From: Macrostomum lignano
Lineage: Eukaryota
DNA length: 25,688 bases
Assembly: GCA_002269645.1 (NCBI GenBank)
Contig: NIVC01005121.1
Location: 1-25,688 of the forward strand
Reading direction: 5' to 3'
In this document: positions 20,401 through 25,688 of the stretch, piece after piece
Layout of the letters: each line of letters starts with the position of its first letter
Position numbering within the stretch: position 1 is the stretch's first letter
Notes under the pieces: model-generated
The model's input: only the letters and a program-made list of their open reading frames with translations
What the model was told of the DNA's origin: nothing
Databases searched by the model: none
Program-made: the position numbers and the translations under genes

Positions 20401-20986
20401 GCCATCTAATCTATAGAGTCTAGTCTCATATGATCTATAATAATTTCAATTCATCTAAATTTAAAATCTTGTCTCCATCTGATCTATTTAACCTCTCTTC
20501 TCAAGTTCTCATCGAATGTATAGAATATCTGATCTACAGTCTCATCTCATCAAATCTATAGGATCTCGTCTCATCTGATCTATAATAATCTCAACTCATC
20601 TAAATTTAGAATCTCGTATCATCTGATCTATAAAATCTTATCTCATCTGATCTATAGAATCTTATCTCATCTCATCTGATCGGACCTATTAAACTTTTTT
20701 CATCTCATCTATAGAATCTCGACTCATCTGGTCTATAAAATCTTATCTCATGTCATCTATAGAATCTTATCTCATCTCATCTATAGAGTCTCGTTTCATC
20801 TGATCTATAGAAACGAGTCTTATCTGATTTATAAAATTTCGTCTCATCTAGTCTATAAGTCTCGTCTCATCTGATCTATAGAATCTCGTCGCATCTAATC
20901 TATAGAATGTCATCTCATCCGATCTATAGAATCTCGTCTCATCTAATCTATAGAATCTTATCTCATCTATAGAATCTCATCTCATG
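20401..20986. repeat. Degenerate ~24-bp tandem array
   Basis: Consensus close to atctatagaatctcgtctcatctg, with many substitutions and 5-nt (tctca) indels. Confidence 0.9.
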
Positions 20987-21781
20987 TCTAGTGCCAGCGA
21001 AAAAAATGTAAAATCATGTTGACTTTTGCTTCTTACCAGTAAAGTTTATAATTGAAAAATGTTGTATTTGAAGATAAAATTTTAAACTGAAAAAGAAACC
21101 AAAACATTAAACAGCTGGTCAATGTAAATGATGTAGCATTAATGAAAGAAATCTGCAAATCTACATCACACTGAAAGTACTATGCACTGAATATTGAATA
21201 ATAAGCTGTCTAAAGTGTTTACAATGTGTTTACTACAAGGTTGATACCGAGTGCAGACAAGTATCTACAGAAAGGAATTATTAAGAGTAGAAAGCATTTA
21301 AATAATCTGGATTTTATTATATTACTAGAATATTAATCTGGTAGGATGATTGCAGGGTATTGACAAATGACGAGACAAGTATTAAGTTACACGAAGATAA
21401 GATTTATGTTAATTACAGTTTACAAGTTCGAAGTTAGACAAATATTGGGCCTGAACTGATCATAAAACTCAAGGTTATGTCTATTCTTCCAGTCAGTCAG
21501 CTAGTGTTAAGAATGTAAATTGGGTTGTTAATATTGGCCAAGCTTGCAAACTTCTATTGCAGTTCTATATCGCTATATATGTCTGACACAAAACGACGTA
21601 CTCTGGGATGCTTCTATAATGACTGTGGCCGTAGAGCCGTATCTGAAGCGTGCTGGAGTCGCTGTAGAATAAATGAGTTGCGTCTAAAGAGCATCAACGT
21701 CACTATGAATTAGAGTCTCATTCAGATTTATAACAGCTCTATGTAGTCTACTTGAGTCAGTAGAAAGTTAAGCGCTAACAC

Positions 21782-21894
21782 AGCGACTCTTGGACGACTT
21801 TTTCGTGACTCGCTCCTGACTCAAAAGTCACCTCTCCATCGCATTGCAGTGCTTTGAGTCGTTAAAAATTCACAAGCGTCGTCCCAGAGTTGCT
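21782..21894. repeat. Imperfect foldback (nested inverted repeats)
   Basis: 21782-21798 versus 21878-21894 match 15/17 as an inverted repeat. The inner pair gactcaaa (21818-21825) / tttgagtc (21853-21860) is perfect. Confidence 0.6.
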
Positions 21895-22185
21895 AGTGAG
21901 GTGCTTGCAATGACTCTAGCGATTCCGGTCACGCTAGTCACGCTTGAACGGGAATTAGTGAGCACAACAAGAAAACACGAGCACAAGCCTTAGAACATGT
22001 ACACTCGAAATGTACATTCAATAATGTGACTGGGTGCCGCTTCTTTCTAAAATTAGAACGACTCAAACGTCTATGTGCATTTAATAAATTAAACGTGCCT
22101 CTTAATGACTCGCTATGAAACTGGAAAAAACTTAATTCACGAAAAAATATCGTTCATAAAAATACGAGTAATTCAATAAACCTTC

Positions 22186-22670
22186 TCAAGCCATACGAGA
22201 AGCATTGGGATCTTGGCCGCAGTTGTTGCAAATCTGATCATCTGTCTGACAAGCAATGCTATTTTGCTGCTTCTGCTGCTGCTGCTTTTGCTGTTTAACT
22301 TCTGGCTGCTGCTGCTGCTGCTGTTGCGGCGGCAGCTTCGGAGGCCATTCAAGCGTTTCAAGCAGGTCCACTGGTCTACCCGAACCGTCACAATCTCCCG
22401 GTTGAACTTGGTGAACAGGCAGTCGAGATCAACTTGGAGTTTAGCCACGCGTGTGTAAAACACGCGCGAACCAGCGCTGCTGCAGGCTTCGCCGTTTCCA
22501 GTTTGCTGCTGCTCCGGTGGCTGCTCCTGCAGTTGCTCCTGCGGCTGCTCCGGCTCCGACTGATTTTCGGGTCCGGGCGCCTGCAGGCTGATCTCCTCCA
22601 TGGTCTCTGAGATTCGACGACAGCGCTCCTCTGTCTCTTTGATCGACTCCGCGCGTCGCTGTTCGTAGCG
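22186..22670 (-). CDS. Stathmin-like repeat protein, exon 3 (last coding exon; apparent 1-nt shift near 22373)
   Basis: Acceptor tttttattccacccccAG, then phase 0 RYEQRRAESIKETEERCRRISETMEEI..., homologous to the start of exon 2. One extra C at 22373-22374 gives ...VDPVDLLETLEWPPKLPPQQQ...SIACQTD...MA* (stop 22186-22188). Uncorrected, the frame ends at 22173. Confidence 0.75.
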
Positions 22671-22782
22671 CTGGGGGTGGAATAAAAATTCAATATACCC
22701 GCTTTATTTACTACTTGTAAGCGGCTGAATCAGTAAGATAGCTGTAGTGCATGTTAAATAATAGAAGGAGCGTCATCCAGTT

Positions 22783-23286
22783 GACAGGGGTCATCAAAGC
22801 TAGCCAGTGTAAGTTAGGTAAAGGACAGAGGGTCATCTGACCCCAAAGCTAGCCAGTGTAAGTTAGGTAAAGGACAGGGGGTCATCTGACCCCAAAGCTA
22901 GCCAGTGTAAGTTAGGTAAAGGACAGGGGGGTCATCTGACCCCAAAGCTAGCCAGTGTAAGTTAGGTAAAGGACAGGGGGGTCATCTGACCCCAAAGCTA
23001 GCCAGTGTAAGTTAGGTAAAGGACAGGGGGGTCATCTGACCCCAAAGCTAGCCAGTGTAAGTTAGGTAAAGGACAGGGGGTCATCTGACCCAAAGCTAGC
23101 CAGTGTAAGTTAGGTAAAGGACAGGGGGGTCATCTGACCCCAAAGCTAGCCAGTGTAAGTTAGGTAAAGGACAGGGGGTCATCTGACCCCAAAGCTAGCC
23201 AGTGTAAGTTAGGTAAAGGACAGGGGGGTCATCTGACCCCAAAGCTAGCCAGTGTAAGCTAGGTAAAGGACAGGGGGTCATTTGAC
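22783..23286. repeat. 49-50 bp intronic minisatellite, about 10 units, each with a GGGGTCA-TC-TGACCCC palindrome
   Basis: Unit aaagctagccagtgtaagttaggtaaaggacaggggggtcatctgacccc. Copies start at 22796, 22845, 22894, 22944, 22994, 23044, 23092, 23142, 23191 and 23241, and differ almost only in G/C run length. Confidence 0.97.
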
Positions 23287-23410
23287 AAAAGGCTTGCCAT
23301 AGGGAGACGGGAGTGGAGGTAGGGAGAGGAGGTCATTGACCCCTCAAAATTAGATCAATAATTGCCCCATGTCCCTAATAAACAATAAAAACCAATGAAA
23401 CTCAGCGAAC

Positions 23411-23955
23411 CTCTTTCCTCCGCTGGGCGTCAGCCAGTTTCTTCTCCAGCGCCATCTTCAGCTCGTGCCGGCCCGGCGCCTCGGGTAGGCGGCCAGCCGC
23501 TGTCTCAGCCGGGCCGGCATCTCCGCGGAGATCGACGCGTCGGCTGCGCTGGCAGCTGCAGCGGGCGCGTCGTTCCCGTTGGTTTGGCCAACAACGAAAG
23601 CTGTCGCTGGTCGATGCTGCCACGAAATTGATGTCGATGTAGTAGCAGTCGGTGCTGATGCAGTTGCAGCAGTTGTCGATGTCGACGTCCTAGACGATGT
23701 CGACGGCGAGTAGCCCAAGCCGCCGCCGAAAGCCAGTAGCGGCGGGCCAGCGAACAGGGCGCAGTTGGTTCGCTCCACCTCGCTGTTGAAACGGCCCAGA
23801 ACCTCCTGTAGGTCGTGGCGTAGTCGAACGTAGCGCTGGACAACTTCGGCTCGAGACGGCGGGCGTCGGGCATGGAGGGTCTCCATCGCCTCGGCGACTC
23901 GGCGGCATCGAGCTTCGGCTTCGCGAGCGCTGGCAGCGCGCTTTGCGAATTGTTT
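23411..23955 (-). CDS. Stathmin-like repeat protein, exon 2 (apparent 1-nt shift near 23472-23474)
   Basis: Acceptor tttcAG|aaacaa gives phase 0 KQFAKRAASAREAEARCRRVAEAMETL...PATAFVV...MPARLRQRL. One more base in the G3 run (minus strand) joins this to HELKMALEKKLADAQRRKE and the donor GAG|GTTCGC. The exon is 545 nt, one short of a multiple of 3. Confidence 0.75.
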
Positions 23956-24349
23956 CTGAAATCGAGTTTGTTGAAACTTTTCACCTTTATCTGTATTTAC
24001 AACATGCTCATTCCCTGCATGCTACTGGTTAGTTAGCATCAGTAGTGTAGTAGAGATATGCAAATAAAGTTTCTTTATTACTCAAGTAATTCTTTCATGC
24101 AAATGAGTTACCTGACCAGCCTTATTTCATTCCAGGTGGACAAGGAGAAATTATTTACAAAGCGGCACGCAAACCCAGGCAGGGCATTAGTCAAACACCC
24201 ATAATTAATAGCGAAACTTAAATGCTTGATTCATCAAAATGAGAGCTTGAGCAAATGAGAACGAATGTGAACCGCGCAAAGGCATTTTCGCGTGTGCTAA
24301 ATTACTAGGTCAATGGGCGTTGTCGCGGTGAAAGTTCCCTTAAACTAAC

Positions 24350-24619
24350 CTGGCGTCTTTGCTCGGCTCTGGCCAGCTTCTGGTCAAGCTGCTCGTTAGT
24401 TGGTCGACACTTGCGCTCGCTAAGCAGGCGTTTACGCAGTCGATCGGGCAAGGCGGTGGTGGCGGTCCCGACGGTCTCAGCCTCGACAACTTGCGTCGTG
24501 GTTGCGTCGTGCATCTGAGCGTCTTCTGTGTCATTACCGTTACAATTAGTAGTGTCAGTAACGTCCGTAATTACAAAAGCCGTAGCCGTTTTTACTGATT
24601 GATTGTCACTAGTTGACAT
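24350..24619 (-). CDS. Stathmin-like repeat protein, exon 1 (90 codons)
   Basis: aaatcATG start, then MSTSDNQSVKTATAFVI...LPDRLRKRLL...NEQLDQKLARAEQRRQ and the donor CAG|GTTAGT in phase 0. EQLDQKLARAEQRR resembles the stathmin helix EEIQKKLEAAEERR. Confidence 0.8.
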
Positions 24620-25250
24620 GATTTAATATATTCTTTTTAGTATTTCCTGCCAAATTCTCAACTCTCGTCAAACTATCGGATAGACTTTAATAACATCCAA
24701 TAATCTTAATGGCTAATTTATAATTATATACTGAGCTACTAACGCCTCACGAGCTGTCGTTTCTCTCAGCATTCGTTGGGTGTTTTTGGACTTTTATTGA
24801 TTTCAGTCAGCTGAGCGGAGTGGGGGGGGGCAGTGGAACGAGTTTTAATATAAGATAGGGGGCGAGGGAGAGAAACCCCTGTCTGTTTACTGGCCTGTTT
24901 ATCGAAGGGAGTAGGGCCGGTAGAGGCTTCTCTTTCATTTTCTCTCCTGAAGGCTGGGTAATGGCAGGGGAGGAATGTACATTAAGCTTGTGAAGAGTGT
25001 ACACTGCCGCCGCGGAAAATGGGGTGGCGGACTGGAGGGGGAGAGAAGCGCAGCTGGAAGGACTTTGAAGCGCAGTGTACATCTAATTTCAGGAATTGGC
25101 GGAGGCCACACGGTGGAGAGAGAAAATATCGCGGGGTAGAGAGAAGACGGAAAATGCCTTTTTGGACTTGCCGTGAACTTATTTCACCCTTCTGGCTGGA
25201 AATAGTCCTTGTCCGTAGCGTAGTCTAGGCATCAGAATAAAACGGCTTAA

Positions 25251-25688
25251 TCTCTACCTATAAAAATCAAAACTCTGTGTGTGTGTGTGTGTGTGGACAA
25301 TTTTGATCGCTATGGACTCCCAAACCGCTCAACCAAATTACACCAAACTTTACACCCACCCTAAACTTACTACGGAGAATGTCTTAGGCTACCTTTTAAT
25401 TTCCTAGACTCAAGTCTTCCTACCTAAAAGTGCAAAAAAACTGCTCAAAATGCGCGATTTTTTCACTAAATCCTCCATAGCGCCGCTTCACTTCTACCGA
25501 TTCTCTTCAAATTTGACACAGACAATTTTCAACTATTTTGACACAATCGTGTAAAATTTCAAATCTCAAAGTTAATCCCTGAGCGGTGCTGTGCACTTTT
25601 AAAAGTTTGGCTGCTTTTTTTCAGCGAGGCAGCCACCCCAACCTCCGCCCGCCTGCCTCTCTTTCCCGATCTGGCAAAGGGTGTGAGT
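25251..25688 (+). mobile_element. 5' part of a non-autonomous Helitron-like element (runs off the window)
   Basis: A|TCTCTACCTATAAAAATC start, then (TG)10 at 25276-25295. The motif aaaccgctcaaccaaattacaccaaactttacac follows and recurs as accgattctcttcaaatttgacac near 25498-25520. This layout is typical of invertebrate Helitron-N/DINE-like repeats; the 3' CTRR end is not visible. Confidence 0.55.

Noticed and set aside
22213-22458. Plus-strand poly-Leu ORF, and other antisense or alternative-frame ORFs over the GPCR, zinc-finger and stathmin-like genes
   Set aside because: These are shadows of GC-rich or CAG-repeat coding sequence on the other strand or frame.

Overview
Eukaryotic, most likely invertebrate metazoan, genomic DNA with AT-rich intergenic sequence and GC-rich coding islands. 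The style resembles a flatworm such as Macrostomum, but the host cannot be verified from sequence alone. There are three credible host genes: an intronless class A GPCR with melatonin-receptor-like motifs (5108-6475, -), a small C2HC + 2x C2H2 zinc-finger protein (16756-17187, +), and a three-exon gene the ORF track misses (24619-22186, -). The three-exon gene encodes two tandem stathmin-like repeats and is broken by two 1-nt shifts in short homopolymers. The clearest mobile element is a complete, very young, non-coding 1.7-kb LTR element of TRIM type (10581-12292). It has TG..CA LTRs differing only in homopolymer lengths, a GTCT target-site duplication, a tRNA-Trp-like PBS and a PPT, and its interior is mostly two GC-rich minisatellites. 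Also present are a tRNA-derived CORE-type SINE beside an inverted relative, a decayed Penelope-like GIY-YIG endonuclease, a Tourist-like MITE, a Helitron-like 5' end, a hammerhead-ribozyme-like relic, a ~2.1-kb CpG desert and four tandem arrays. There is no CRISPR array, rRNA gene or functional tRNA gene. All counts and alignments were made by eye.
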